Source of the DNA: Minisyncoccota bacterium
GTDB lineage: Bacteria; Patescibacteriota; Minisyncoccia; Phycocordibacterales; UBA9973
Assembly: GCA_041657885.1 (NCBI GenBank)
Contig: JBBABB010000001.1
Span: 1,094-65,093 of the forward strand
DNA length: 64,000 nucleotides
Direction of reading: 5' to 3'
The notes beneath the pieces were generated by a model. The model was not told the origin of the DNA and did not search any database. It saw only the letters and a program-made list of their open reading frames with translations. Each line of letters begins with the position of its first letter. The stretch's first letter is position 1. This document shows, in pieces, positions 17,086 through 27,350 of this stretch. The position numbers were made by a program, and so were the translations under genes.

Positions 17086-17601
17086 ATGGGAAATTTTCAA
17101 GGAGGAGGTAATAGAGGAGGAGGTAGTTTTAGGAGTGGTAATGGGGGAGGTAATCGTGGTGGAGGGTATCATAGTGGCAGTGGTAGTGATCGAGGAGAAA
17201 AAACTATGTATAAAGCAGTTTGTGATGAATGTCACAAAAGTTGTGAAGTTCCCTTCCGTCCATCAAGCGATAAGCCAGTATATTGCAACGATTGTTTTGC
17301 AAGTAAGAGAAAAGATGATGATAGAGCACCACGAAGAGATTTTGGGGACAGAGGGCCAAAAAGAGATTACAATGCAAGTCCTGCACAATCTTCCTTTGCA
17401 AAGCCTGCTGTTGTCCAAGGTGACATGTCTAAACAATTAGCAGATATAAGTGCAAAGCTTGATCGTCTAATAAGTGCAATAGAAAAGCTTACTCAACCTA
17501 AAGTGGAAACAAAACCCATGGCAAAAATTGTTCCAGTTATTAAAAAGACAATTGCAGTTAAAACAGTAACCAAAAAAGTAGTAGCTAAAAAGACTAAATA
17601 A
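17086..17601 (+). CDS. Hypothetical protein with an RGG/Gly-rich N-terminus, a CxxC-x17-CxxC zinc ribbon and a Lys-rich tail
   Basis: CDECHKSCEVPFRPSSDKPVYCNDCF, followed by a KK-rich histone-H1-like tail. Confidence 0.4.
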   Translation: MGNFQGGGNRGGGSFRSGNGGGNRGGGYHSGSGSDRGEKTMYKAVCDECHKSCEVPFRPSSDKPVYCNDCFASKRKDDDRAPRRDFGDRGPKRDYNASPAQSSFAKPAVVQGDMSKQLADISAKLDRLISAIEKLTQPKVETKPMAKIVPVIKKTIAVKTVTKKVVAKKTK

Positions 17602-17682
17602 AAGAATACTTTTATCGTCCGAACTTTTGTACTCAAAAGTTTTAGGAAATAATTAAACATAACAACAGTCCTCAAAAATAAA

Positions 17683-18078
17683 ATGAAAAAAGGATACAAA
17701 GATAATATAGAGAGTTTAACTACAGAAAATAATAATTTTCGCAAGGTTTTGTATACAGGTGAACATTGTCAGTTTGTTCTTATGAGTTTATTACCAAATG
17801 AAGAAATTGGTATGGAGGTACACGTTGATAATGATCAGTTTTTCCGTTTTGAAAAGGGTAGTGGTAAAGTTGTAATTAATGGAACAGAATATGAAGTAAA
17901 AGATGGAGATGCAGTTATTGTTCCATCCGGAGCAAATCATAATGTTATCGCGAATAGTGATGGACTTAAAATGTACACAATTTATTCTCCGGCTCATCAC
18001 AAAGATGGCATCGTTCGCGCGACTAAAAATGAAGCAGAAAGTAATAGGGCCGATTTTGATGGAGTTACTACTGAATAA
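17683..18078 (+). CDS. Cupin-domain protein
   Basis: Beta-barrel cupin motifs (G..HVD...F..G.G; AVIVPSGANHNV). Confidence 0.55.
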   Translation: MKKGYKDNIESLTTENNNFRKVLYTGEHCQFVLMSLLPNEEIGMEVHVDNDQFFRFEKGSGKVVINGTEYEVKDGDAVIVPSGANHNVIANSDGLKMYTIYSPAHHKDGIVRATKNEAESNRADFDGVTTE

Positions 18079-18131
18079 TAAATGATTGGAAAATTTTATA
18101 GAAAAATTCTTAAGTCAATAAACTGTAATTT

Positions 18132-19343
18132 ATGTTTAATATAGAGAAAATAAGGACAGATTTTAATATTTTAAATAGAAAGAATGGGTCTGTGCCTATA
18201 TATTTTGATAGTGCTTGTATGAGCTTAAAACCAAACCAAGTCATTGATGCTATAAATGACTACTATTTGAATTATCCCGCTTGTGCGGGTAGAAGTTCTC
18301 ATAAACTAGGGGACACTGTTACTAAAAAAGTAAAAGAAACAAGACAGCTTATTGCAAAATTTATAAATGCGAATGATGAGAACGAGATAATTTTTACACA
18401 TAATACTACTGAAGGAACAAATTTATTTGCGAATTCTATCGGTCTTAAAAAAGGAGATATTGTTTTAATTTCTGATAAGGAGCACAATTCAAATCTAGTT
18501 CCGTGGTTATTACTTCGAGACAAGATAGGTATTGTTGTGAAAATAATTCCTTCAAATGAAGATGATAGTTTCAACTTAAATAATTTATCTCAAATGATTG
18601 TTGGAGCTAAAATAGTTTCAATAGTTCATACTTCAAACTTAGATGGTGCTACAAATCCCATAAAAGAAATAGTAGAAATTGCTCACAAAAATAATGCTCT
18701 AGTTTTTTTAGATGCTGCTCAAAGTATCGCTCATAAGAAAATTGATGTTCAAGATTTAGATGTTGATTTTTTAGCCTTTTCTGGGCACAAAATGCTAGGG
18801 CCTACTGGCACTGGAGTTCTTTATGGTAAATACAAATTATTAGAGAAATTAGAACCTTTTATTGTTGGCGGAGATACAGTATTATATTCAACTTATACTA
18901 GTTATGAATTTTTGCCTGTCCCTGAGAAATTTGAAGCAGGGCTTCAAGATTATGCTGGAATAATAGGATTAGGGGAGGCCGTTAAATATTTGAGCCAGTT
19001 TGATTTTAATGATATAAAAGAGTATGAACTTAAATTAAACACTTATATCACAGAAGAATTACAAAAAATTCCACAAATAAAGATTATTGGGCCTAAAGAC
19101 CCAAAGGATAGGTCTGGAATTATTAATTTTTATATTGATGGCACAGATATGCATAAATTCGCAATCATGCTTGATGAAATGGCGAATATAGAAATACGCT
19201 CAGGGCAACACTGCGTGCATTCATGGTTTGATGGTAAAAAAATTTTCAATTCTGCACGTGTTTCTTTATATTTATATAATACAATGGAAGAAGCAGAAAT
19301 ATTTATTACAAATTTAAATAAGATTATAAAAATATTATCCTAG
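18132..19343 (+). CDS. Class V aminotransferase / cysteine desulfurase (SufS/NifS-like)
   Basis: PLP lysine motif FSGHKMLGPTGTGVLYGK and active-site Cys region RSGQHCVHS. Confidence 0.8.
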   Translation: MFNIEKIRTDFNILNRKNGSVPIYFDSACMSLKPNQVIDAINDYYLNYPACAGRSSHKLGDTVTKKVKETRQLIAKFINANDENEIIFTHNTTEGTNLFANSIGLKKGDIVLISDKEHNSNLVPWLLLRDKIGIVVKIIPSNEDDSFNLNNLSQMIVGAKIVSIVHTSNLDGATNPIKEIVEIAHKNNALVFLDAAQSIAHKKIDVQDLDVDFLAFSGHKMLGPTGTGVLYGKYKLLEKLEPFIVGGDTVLYSTYTSYEFLPVPEKFEAGLQDYAGIIGLGEAVKYLSQFDFNDIKEYELKLNTYITEELQKIPQIKIIGPKDPKDRSGIINFYIDGTDMHKFAIMLDEMANIEIRSGQHCVHSWFDGKKIFNSARVSLYLYNTMEEAEIFITNLNKIIKILS

Positions 19344-19379
19344 TACTAGAGCAAAGCTCAGTACCGGACACGTAAATAT

Positions 19380-20318
19380 ATGCCTTGCATACTAGCTTTA
19401 ATTATTTTTTCAATTTTAGGAATATTTAGCGCGACTCAAAGAGCATTAGCCAAGGAAGCCTTTGATTGTGTTTTTCGACGAATTACTTTCAGACCTTGTA
19501 ATACAGGTTTTCAAGAAAAAATAAAAGGAAAAATTTTATCAAAATTGATTGCTCGTTCTACCTTTCTCGCAAAGATGGTCAATAAACATTATGAAATATT
19601 ATCTTGGATATTTTTTATTTTAATGGTTGGAAGCGCTATATGGGTATTTAGAGGAGGATATAATTTTTATGTTTATGGAAGTTGTAATGGTTTAAATCAA
19701 AGTGGATTTTGTGCTTTCGACCCAAGTGGAGAGAATAATAAAGTCACGGCCCTAGGGGATGATACGACTTGCGGTATTACTCAACAAACAGAAGCAAATC
19801 TAACACTTAAAAATGTAGACCTTTCTAGCTTCCCAACTCAAAATATTGGAGAGAAAGACCAAGTTGTATTTATCGGTTGTTATGCTTGTGACTATAGTAG
19901 AAAGGCGTATCCTGATATTTTGAAATTAATAGAAAATAAAAATGCCAATTATGCTTTTGCTCATTATCCAGCAAAAGGAGATACTACTTTTCTTGGAGAT
20001 GCTGGATATTGTATAGATAAAATGTATGAAGATAAATATTGGGATTTTAATAGTTATTTATTTAGTACAGATAAAAATTATATTTTAGATAAATTAAATT
20101 TGGATAAAATACTAGAGAATTTTAGTTTTGATGTCAAAAAGGTCAATGAATGTATGGATAGTGTTGAAACGAAAACTATCATAGAAAATCAAGTGAAAGA
20201 ACTTAATAAAACTAATATATATGGTACTCCGACAATATTTATAAACGGTAAAGCGTTTGTAGGACCAAAACCATATAGAGTTTATAGAAGTGCCATAAAT
20301 AAATATATTTTTTTCTAA
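19380..20318 (+). CDS. Membrane-anchored thioredoxin-fold (DsbA-like) protein
   Basis: Two N-terminal TM helices, then a CxxC redox motif (GCYAC). Confidence 0.5.
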   Translation: MPCILALIIFSILGIFSATQRALAKEAFDCVFRRITFRPCNTGFQEKIKGKILSKLIARSTFLAKMVNKHYEILSWIFFILMVGSAIWVFRGGYNFYVYGSCNGLNQSGFCAFDPSGENNKVTALGDDTTCGITQQTEANLTLKNVDLSSFPTQNIGEKDQVVFIGCYACDYSRKAYPDILKLIENKNANYAFAHYPAKGDTTFLGDAGYCIDKMYEDKYWDFNSYLFSTDKNYILDKLNLDKILENFSFDVKKVNECMDSVETKTIIENQVKELNKTNIYGTPTIFINGKAFVGPKPYRVYRSAINKYIFF

Positions 20319-20407
20319 AATCAATAAAGAGCTCGCTCTATTACTCAAAAAAGATGGATTCAAAAATATAAAGGAAGTGGTAGGGAGTTATAAATAAAAA
20401 TAATAAG

Positions 20408-20444
20408 AAATTACCCACAAGTGCATGGTTAGCATTTGTGGGTA
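20408..20444. terminator. Bidirectional terminator hairpin between convergent genes
   Basis: aattacccacaa...ttgtgggtaatt forms an 11-bp stem. Confidence 0.5.
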
Positions 20445-20476
20445 ATTATTTGGATGAAACTAGTTACTTGTTTAAA

Positions 20477-20788
20477 TCAAGCGGGAACAACATGTTCCGC
20501 TTCGCGGTGCTCCCAGTTTAATTTTACCGGGTGAGGGACTTTCCTCGCTATGAGGTTTTTAAGAATAGTAATCTTGCCTTCGTTTATATTCGTTTTGAAG
20601 ACAATTTCTGTTGGTTTTACAGCAGTAACCATATCCAGTAATTCGTCTGGCGTGGCAAACTTTGCTGAAACTCCATTAGGGAGGGCATTTAAAATTTCTG
20701 CCCGGAGTTTTTTTTCATAGTCGATTCTCTTTCTTTTTTCACTCGGAAGAAAAGGAGGAATTTCAAAAATCCAACAATTTTTACACAT
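20477..20788 (-). CDS. Hypothetical protein (103 aa)
   Basis: ORF only; no motif recognised. Confidence 0.3.
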   Translation of the reverse strand: MCKNCWIFEIPPFLPSEKRKRIDYEKKLRAEILNALPNGVSAKFATPDELLDMVTAVKPTEIVFKTNINEGKITILKNLIARKVPHPVKLNWEHREAEHVVPA

Positions 20789-20907
20789 AGCTTTAAAATT
20801 TTAAAAGATCTAAAAATTATTTAAGTTCTTTATTACTATATCGCTTTTGAGATAATAGTCAACCTTTATCTTTCTGTTTCAAATAAAATCATGTTATAAT
20901 TTGAAAT

Positions 20908-21519
20908 ATGGAGAAAGCTCAAAAACACCTCAAAAAGGCCAAAAATACCTTATATACAGGCTTTGGAGATAAAGGTACAACCACTCTTTTTGGTTGCAAG
21001 CAAGGCCGTATTTCCAAAAGTTCTATCCTCATAGAAGCGCTTGGCTCAGTGGATGAGTTGAACGCATACTTGGGAATAATAAAAGTATATTCTCTCATTG
21101 ACAAAATAATGTTAAAAATTGGTAACAAGAAAATTTTATATAACGAGATTATAGAAGACATTCAACAAAATCTTTTTGTTATTCAAGCAGAACTTGGTGG
21201 GTCTAAAATGTCTATTGGGAAAAAAGAATTAACAAAAATTGAAAATATAATAAATAAGATTGGAGAAGTACTTCCTCCGATTACATCTTTTACGATTTCT
21301 GGTGGAAGTATTATTAGTTCAGGACTTGATTTTGCTCGAACCCTTGCTCGTAAATCTGAAAGAAGAATTATCTCTGTTTCTGACGAGGGGAGTAGAATTA
21401 TTAATCCCAATACTATTTCTTATATGAATAGATTATCAAGCATACTCTTTGCAATGTCTCGATATGCAAACTATCTTTTTTCTATTCCCGAAAGTCATCC
21501 AAAATATAATAAAAAATAG
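20908..21519 (+). CDS. PduO-type ATP:cob(I)alamin adenosyltransferase
   Basis: TGFGDKGTTTLFG and EALGSVDELNAYLG signature motifs. Confidence 0.8.
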   Translation: MEKAQKHLKKAKNTLYTGFGDKGTTTLFGCKQGRISKSSILIEALGSVDELNAYLGIIKVYSLIDKIMLKIGNKKILYNEIIEDIQQNLFVIQAELGGSKMSIGKKELTKIENIINKIGEVLPPITSFTISGGSIISSGLDFARTLARKSERRIISVSDEGSRIINPNTISYMNRLSSILFAMSRYANYLFSIPESHPKYNKK

Positions 21520-21531
21520 TATAATGTTTCT

Positions 21532-22146
21532 ATGGATTTAATTAAACACGAAAAAGAACTTGTTTGGCTACAAATCTTGTATTTGTTTCTTATTCCAACA
21601 CTTCTTTTATATTTCAAAATTATTCCAGGTAATTTTCGAGTATTAATTCTACTTTCGATTTCGATTTTAATTTATGGTATTGCTAGACATGAACAATGGA
21701 AAAATGAAGATTTTGGCATTAAAAAGAATTGGACAAAAGAATCTATCCCATATATTATTTTTACAATTATAGGTATTTTTTTTCTTGTGTTTCTTGCAAA
21801 GACAACTATTCATCAACCATTTTTAAACTGGTGGAAAAATGCTAGATTTTTGCTTTTATTTATTCCTCTCAGTGTCTTACAAGAATTTGTCTTTCGTGGG
21901 ATTTTAATGCACATGCTCCGTAGAGCATTTACCAGTCCTTTATTTATCATTTTACTTAATGCGGCATTATTTACTATTATTCATATCATTTACTTAAATT
22001 CATTTATTGTTTTACCCGCAATGTTCATTGCTGGAGTTGGTTTTGCTTGGATGTATTATAAATACAAAAATTTGGTTTTAATCTCAGTTTCTCATACAAT
22101 TCTTAATTTTGTTGCAATGATTTTAGGTTTTTTTATTATTAGATAA
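21532..22146 (+). CDS. CPBP-family (CAAX/Abi) intramembrane metalloprotease
   Basis: EExxxR-like QEFVFRGIL, FxxxH (FTIIH) and HxxxN (HTILNF) motifs in a polytopic membrane protein. Confidence 0.7.
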   Translation: MDLIKHEKELVWLQILYLFLIPTLLLYFKIIPGNFRVLILLSISILIYGIARHEQWKNEDFGIKKNWTKESIPYIIFTIIGIFFLVFLAKTTIHQPFLNWWKNARFLLLFIPLSVLQEFVFRGILMHMLRRAFTSPLFIILLNAALFTIIHIIYLNSFIVLPAMFIAGVGFAWMYYKYKNLVLISVSHTILNFVAMILGFFIIR

Positions 22147-22158
22147 TAATTTTAATTT

Positions 22159-23475
22159 ATGGGAGTTTTTAATATATATAAAAAAAATTTAATAAAATTC
22201 TTTCATCTTACCTCTGTAAGAATAGTAGTTACAAGTATTATAACTTTTGTAGTTTTGTTAGTAATCGGCATTGGATTTTTATGGTTTTATCGTGATGACA
22301 TTTCTAATTATATTGTTAAAAATTATTTAGAAAAACCAGAAGTTTCAAATGATTTAACTAAAATTAGTAATTTTAAAAAAGAAAATTCAATTGAACCAAC
22401 CAAAATTGTTAAAAGTGAAGAAGATACAGTTGTAAATGCAGTCAAGAAAGCTAGACCTGCTGTTGTTTCTATTGTGATAAGTAAACAAGTTCCAAAATAT
22501 ACGGTCACATATAAAGACGAAAATGTTCTGGATCAAAACGGTAATGCCATCCCTGGATTATCTATTACTACACCAGTATATACACCAAATGGCACTGAGA
22601 AAAAACAACTTGGCAGTGGTTCCGGTTTTCTTATATCTGCCGATGGTATGATTGTTACTAACCGTCATGTAGTAGAAAAAACAGATGTAGATTACACAGT
22701 TCTTCTTAATAATGGGAAAGAATATCCTGCTGTGGTTCTTGCTCGAGATAGTATTTTAGATGTTGCTTTGATTAAAATTTCGGCAAATAATCTTCCTTAT
22801 TTGCAATTTGCAGATTCAGATAAACTTGAGGTTGGACAAAGTGTTATCGCTATTGGTAACGCACTTGGTGAGTTTAAGAATACTGTTTCTGTTGGTGTGA
22901 TTTCTGATTTATCTAGATCTATTACTGCCGGGAATAATTCTGGTCAACAAGAATACTTAGATAAGGTTATTCAAACAGATGCTGCCATTAATCCAGGAAA
23001 TTCTGGAGGGCCACTTCTTAATCTTAAAGGAGAAGTTGTCGGAATTAATGTGGCTGTAGTGCAGGGGTCTTCAAGTATTGGTTTTTCTCTACCAATCAAC
23101 AGTGTTAAAAATGCTATTGATTCAGTCAAAAAAACGGGGAAAATTATTAGCCCTTATGTCGGAATAAGATATATAGTTATAAATGATGAATTAAAAGTTA
23201 AAAATAATTTACCAGTTAATTATGGAATATTAGTTCAAAGAGGAAAGACCGCGAGTGAGTTGGCGATTATTCCAGGTTCTTCTGCGGATAAAGCTGGTAT
23301 TTTGGAAAATGATATTATTCTTGAGATCGATGGAATAAAAATTGATAAAAATCAAAGCTTTCTTTTCATAATCCGTGGTAAAAATGTTGGAGACACAATA
23401 AGTATGAAAGTTTTATCAAAGGGAGTTTACAAAACTGTCTATTTAGTTCTTGATGCTGCTTCAGATAGCCAATAA
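22159..23475 (+). CDS. htrA: HtrA/DegP family serine protease with a PDZ domain
   Basis: N-terminal TM, trypsin-like catalytic triad region (NRHV, D, GNSGGPL) and a C-terminal PDZ. Confidence 0.85.
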   Translation: MGVFNIYKKNLIKFFHLTSVRIVVTSIITFVVLLVIGIGFLWFYRDDISNYIVKNYLEKPEVSNDLTKISNFKKENSIEPTKIVKSEEDTVVNAVKKARPAVVSIVISKQVPKYTVTYKDENVLDQNGNAIPGLSITTPVYTPNGTEKKQLGSGSGFLISADGMIVTNRHVVEKTDVDYTVLLNNGKEYPAVVLARDSILDVALIKISANNLPYLQFADSDKLEVGQSVIAIGNALGEFKNTVSVGVISDLSRSITAGNNSGQQEYLDKVIQTDAAINPGNSGGPLLNLKGEVVGINVAVVQGSSSIGFSLPINSVKNAIDSVKKTGKIISPYVGIRYIVINDELKVKNNLPVNYGILVQRGKTASELAIIPGSSADKAGILENDIILEIDGIKIDKNQSFLFIIRGKNVGDTISMKVLSKGVYKTVYLVLDAASDSQ

Positions 23476-23501
23476 ATTTTTTAGGAGTTATAATATGGAT
23501 T

Positions 23502-23984
23502 ATGAAAAACACAAAAAATAAAAAAGTGACAGAAGCTCGTAACCGTATTTCATGGGATGAGTGTTTTATAAGAATGGCTCATGTTATAGCAGATAGATCT
23601 CAAGACCCCTCTACTCAAGCGGGAGCAATAGTTGTTAATGAGAAGAATGTAGTTGTCGGGGCAGGATATAATGGTTGGCCGAGGGGAATAAAAAATGAAG
23701 ATCTTCCTTGGGACAGAGAGGGTAATTTTGAAAATACAAAATATGCCTATGTTTGTCATGCCGAAGAGAATGCTGTTTATAATGCTAATAATTCAACAGA
23801 GGGATGTAAAATATACTGTACTCTTTTCCCTTGTAATGAATGTGCAAAAACAATGATTCAAAATGGAATAAAAGAAGTTATTTATGAAAGTGATAAATAT
23901 GCAAATACTCCAGTAATAAGAGCTTCAAAAAGAATGTTTAAATTAGCTAAAGTAACTCTTAGACAATATATTAGTAAGAAATAA
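23502..23984 (+). CDS. dCMP deaminase (cytidine/deoxycytidylate deaminase family)
   Basis: CHAEENA and PCNECAK zinc-binding motifs. Confidence 0.8.
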   Translation: MKNTKNKKVTEARNRISWDECFIRMAHVIADRSQDPSTQAGAIVVNEKNVVVGAGYNGWPRGIKNEDLPWDREGNFENTKYAYVCHAEENAVYNANNSTEGCKIYCTLFPCNECAKTMIQNGIKEVIYESDKYANTPVIRASKRMFKLAKVTLRQYISKK

Positions 23985-23994
23985 AAAAACAAAA

Positions 23995-24546
23995 ATGCCA
24001 AAAATAATTTTAGCAGTCGTAGGATTGCCCGGAGCTGGTAAAACGGAAACAGTCAATTATTTAATAAAGAAAAAAAATTGGCCGAAAGTTTATTTCGGTG
24101 ATGTTACTTTAGATGAAGTAAAGAAAAGGGGGCTTGAAGTAAATGAAGTCAATGAGCGAAAAACCCGAGAAGAAATTAGGAAAAATTTAGGAATGGGTGC
24201 TTATGCTATTTTAAATTTACCAAAGATTAAAAAACTTTTTGAAAACGGAAGTGTGGTAGTTGAAAGTTTGTATAGCTGGGAAGAATATATAGAAGTTAAA
24301 AAAGAGTTTGGAGATGATTTCAAAGTTTTAGCTATATATTCTTCTCCAGAAACAAGAATAGCAAGGTTGACTAATCGTCCTATCCGACCTCTAAATAGAG
24401 AAGATGTGATTTTACGTGATTATGCACAGATACAAAATCTTAATATGACTGGACCTATTGCTCGCGCCGACTGGACTATTGTGAACGAAGGGACAAAGGA
24501 AAATTTATATAAACAAATAGATAAAATTCTAGAAAAAATTATTTAA
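23995..24546 (+). CDS. P-loop nucleotide/nucleoside kinase (CoaE/dNMP-kinase-like), function uncertain
   Basis: Walker A GLPGAGKTE. It sits within the dTMP-synthesis cluster. Confidence 0.45.
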   Translation: MPKIILAVVGLPGAGKTETVNYLIKKKNWPKVYFGDVTLDEVKKRGLEVNEVNERKTREEIRKNLGMGAYAILNLPKIKKLFENGSVVVESLYSWEEYIEVKKEFGDDFKVLAIYSSPETRIARLTNRPIRPLNREDVILRDYAQIQNLNMTGPIARADWTIVNEGTKENLYKQIDKILEKII

Positions 24547-24562
24547 AATTAAAAAATAAAAA

Positions 24563-24598
24563 CCTATACAAACTCTGCCATGGCAGAGTTTGTATAGG
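24563..24598. repeat. REP-like 36-bp palindrome, copy 1; acts as a bidirectional terminator between convergent genes
   Basis: cctatacaaactctgccatggcagagtttgtatagg is a perfect palindrome. Near-identical copies lie at 28823 and 29367. Confidence 0.6.
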
Positions 24599-24601
24599 TT
24601 T

Positions 24602-25102
24602 TTATTTTCTCTTATATTCCGCAAATGACAATCTATATTTATTTTTCTCATCAGCTTCGTGTTTTTCTTCGGAGATTTTTTGCCATTTAGTCATATCAAT
24701 TTGAGGGAAGAAAGTATCGGCATCGGGGAATTCTACTTCCACATGAGTAATATAAAGCTTATCCACTTTGTCCATGAATAGTTTGTATATTTGTCCTCCG
24801 CCGATTATAAAACATTCACTATCTTCCGGTTCTGTTTTTTCAAGTAATTCCATGAGTTCATCTACCCCGTATACTATTTCAATTCCTTCACTTTTAAAAT
24901 CAGCATCTTTTGTAAGAATTATATTTCGGCGATTTGGAAGTGGTCGCCCAATAGATTCAAAAGTTTTTTGCCCCATTATTACTGTGTGTCCACTTGTGGT
25001 CTCTCTGAAATGCTTCATGTCAGCAGGTAAATCCCAAAGAAGGGCATTTCCTTTTCCAATTTCATTATTTTTTCCTATGGCTGATATTATTGATAGAATC
25101 AT
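24602..25102 (-). CDS. folA: Dihydrofolate reductase
   Basis: IAAIGKNNEIG..LPW (substituted LLW here) and GRKTFESIGRPLPNRRNIILT. Confidence 0.85.
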   Translation of the reverse strand: MILSIISAIGKNNEIGKGNALLWDLPADMKHFRETTSGHTVIMGQKTFESIGRPLPNRRNIILTKDADFKSEGIEIVYGVDELMELLEKTEPEDSECFIIGGGQIYKLFMDKVDKLYITHVEVEFPDADTFFPQIDMTKWQKISEEKHEADEKNKYRLSFAEYKRK

Positions 25103-25215
25103 CCCAGTACTAAAATTTTAAATTTATAATTTTTCATATCTTTTTTAATCATTTTGTATTCATATTATACACGTTGAGCTATCTAATCGAAAATTTAGTA
25201 CGGGACAAGTAATTT

Positions 25216-26088
25216 TTATACTGCTATTTCAAATACTATTCTGTCGTAACTCTGATAGTTTAGTATTTTTGAATCTTCTATATGCCAATCAAAAATTGAT
25301 TTCCAATTTTCTGTTTCAATTTTTGACAATGGAAATTTTTCTGGATCACGCGACAATTGTTCTTTTGCTCCCTCTAAATGATTTTCGTATATATGAACAT
25401 CAGCCAGGAATCCAACAAGTTTACCTTCTTCAAATCCAGATTCTTTTGCTAGTAGGTGTAACAACAACGCGTAACTTGCGATATTGAAGGGGAGACCAAG
25501 CATTGTATCTACTGATCGCTGATTCCACAAAAGATTCAATTTATTATCTATCACTGTTATTTGAAATGCATAATGACATGGTGGCAAAGCCATCTCATTA
25601 AACTGTTGTGGATTCCAAGCACTGACAATCATCCGACGATCACGAGGATTTGTTTTTAGTGTTTCTATTATTTTTTTAATCTGGTCGATACCTTGTCCTG
25701 TGTAATCTGTATCATAATTTATGTAAGGAGCATTGAAATGTCTCCACTGAAAACCATAAATTGGTCCAAGGTCGCGTTCTTCTAACATTTTCTTTTTTGA
25801 AACTTCATCGTGTCCATAGGGGGCAAGCTGCGGTTTTGCCCACTCATCCCAAATATGATTGTTTTTATCCTGCAACCATTTTTTATCAGTGATGCCATTT
25901 ATGAAAAATTCTAATTCACTAGCTACTAGACGAAATGGAACTTTTTTGGTTGTCAGTAGTGGAAAACCTTTAGACATATCGTGTTCAAACATCGCCCCAG
26001 CTATTGTATAAGCTTTTACTCCAGTTCTTGTGTCAACTAATTTTCCATCATTTAATATTTTTTTAACGATATCTAAATAGCTTCTCAT
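25216..26088 (-). CDS. thyA: Thymidylate synthase (ThyA type)
   Basis: Active-site PPCHYAFQ and DRRMIVSAWNP. Confidence 0.9.
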   Translation of the reverse strand: MRSYLDIVKKILNDGKLVDTRTGVKAYTIAGAMFEHDMSKGFPLLTTKKVPFRLVASELEFFINGITDKKWLQDKNNHIWDEWAKPQLAPYGHDEVSKKKMLEERDLGPIYGFQWRHFNAPYINYDTDYTGQGIDQIKKIIETLKTNPRDRRMIVSAWNPQQFNEMALPPCHYAFQITVIDNKLNLLWNQRSVDTMLGLPFNIASYALLLHLLAKESGFEEGKLVGFLADVHIYENHLEGAKEQLSRDPEKFPLSKIETENWKSIFDWHIEDSKILNYQSYDRIVFEIAV

Positions 26089-26167
26089 ACACTTATTATA
26101 CCCTTTTCTTATTTTTTGCCAAACGTGTTAAAATCAGATTATTAACAAATTAATTACTAATAAAAAA

Positions 26168-27349
26168 ATGCACGATAAACAAGTAGAAAAGCTCATAAAA
26201 GCCGAAGAGAAAAGACAAAAAAGCGTTATAAATTTAATTGCTTCTGAAAACTATGTTTCTAATGACGTTTTAAGGGCTCTTGGCTCAAAATTGACCAATA
26301 AATACGCTGAAGGTTACCCAGGGCGCCGATATTACGGTGGAAATAAAATTATTGATAAAGTTGAAAATCTTTGCATTGAGAGGGCTTTAAAGCTGTTTAA
26401 ACTGAAAAAGGAAGATTGGCATGTAAATGTTCAACTTCTTTCTGGGAGCCCGGCCAATTTTGCTCTTTATTCGGCTTTAATGCCAACTGATCGACAAGGA
26501 AAGATTATGGGAATGAAATTATCATCTGGAGGGCATTTAACTCATGGCCATCCAGCTTCAATGACGGGTAAACTTTGGAAACCAATTCAATTTGAACTTG
26601 ATCCAAAAACAGAAATGATAGATTATGAAGCTTTAAAAAAGTTAGCCATCGCTGAAAAACCAGATATCATTGTTTGCGGATTTACGGCTTATCCAAGGAT
26701 TGTTGATTTCAAAAAGTTTCGTGAAATTGCTGATGCTTGCAGTGCAATTCTTCACGTTGATATGTCGCATTTCGCTGGACTTGTAGCCGGAGGAGCATAT
26801 CCATCACCTTTTTCGTATGCTGATAGTGTAATGACGACAACTCACAAGTCTCTTCGTGGGCCGAGGCATGCAATTCTTTTTGTGAAAAAAGATGACCGTG
26901 GTTTTGATAAAAAAATAGACAAAATGGTGATTCCCGGGCTCTTCGGTGGTCCTCATGAAAATAATATTGCAGCGGTCGCCGTAGCTTTAGCGGAGGCGAC
27001 CAGACCAGATTTTAAAAAATATGCAAAGCAAGTTGTAAAAAATGCAAAAGTTTTAGCAAAAGAATTGCAAAAACTCGGCTGGCATATTATTTCAGGCGGG
27101 ACAGATTCTCACTTAATACTGATGGATACATGGATGGAAGGGAAAGGAATTTCTGGAAAGGAGGCCAGTATTAAATTAGAAAAAGCTGGAATTATTGTAA
27201 ATATGAATACAATTCCAGGTGACCCTCGCTCTGTCATGGACCCATCAGGAATTCGTCTTGGCACTTGCGCCGAAACAACGCGAGGACGAAAAGAAAAAGA
27301 TATGATAAATATCGCCAAGAAAATGGATAAAATTTTACGAGGTAAATAA
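26168..27349 (+). CDS. glyA: Serine hydroxymethyltransferase
   Basis: PLP lysine motif TTTHKSLRGPR and YYGG motif. Confidence 0.9.
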   Translation: MHDKQVEKLIKAEEKRQKSVINLIASENYVSNDVLRALGSKLTNKYAEGYPGRRYYGGNKIIDKVENLCIERALKLFKLKKEDWHVNVQLLSGSPANFALYSALMPTDRQGKIMGMKLSSGGHLTHGHPASMTGKLWKPIQFELDPKTEMIDYEALKKLAIAEKPDIIVCGFTAYPRIVDFKKFREIADACSAILHVDMSHFAGLVAGGAYPSPFSYADSVMTTTHKSLRGPRHAILFVKKDDRGFDKKIDKMVIPGLFGGPHENNIAAVAVALAEATRPDFKKYAKQVVKNAKVLAKELQKLGWHIISGGTDSHLILMDTWMEGKGISGKEASIKLEKAGIIVNMNTIPGDPRSVMDPSGIRLGTCAETTRGRKEKDMINIAKKMDKILRGK

Positions 27350-27350
27350 A

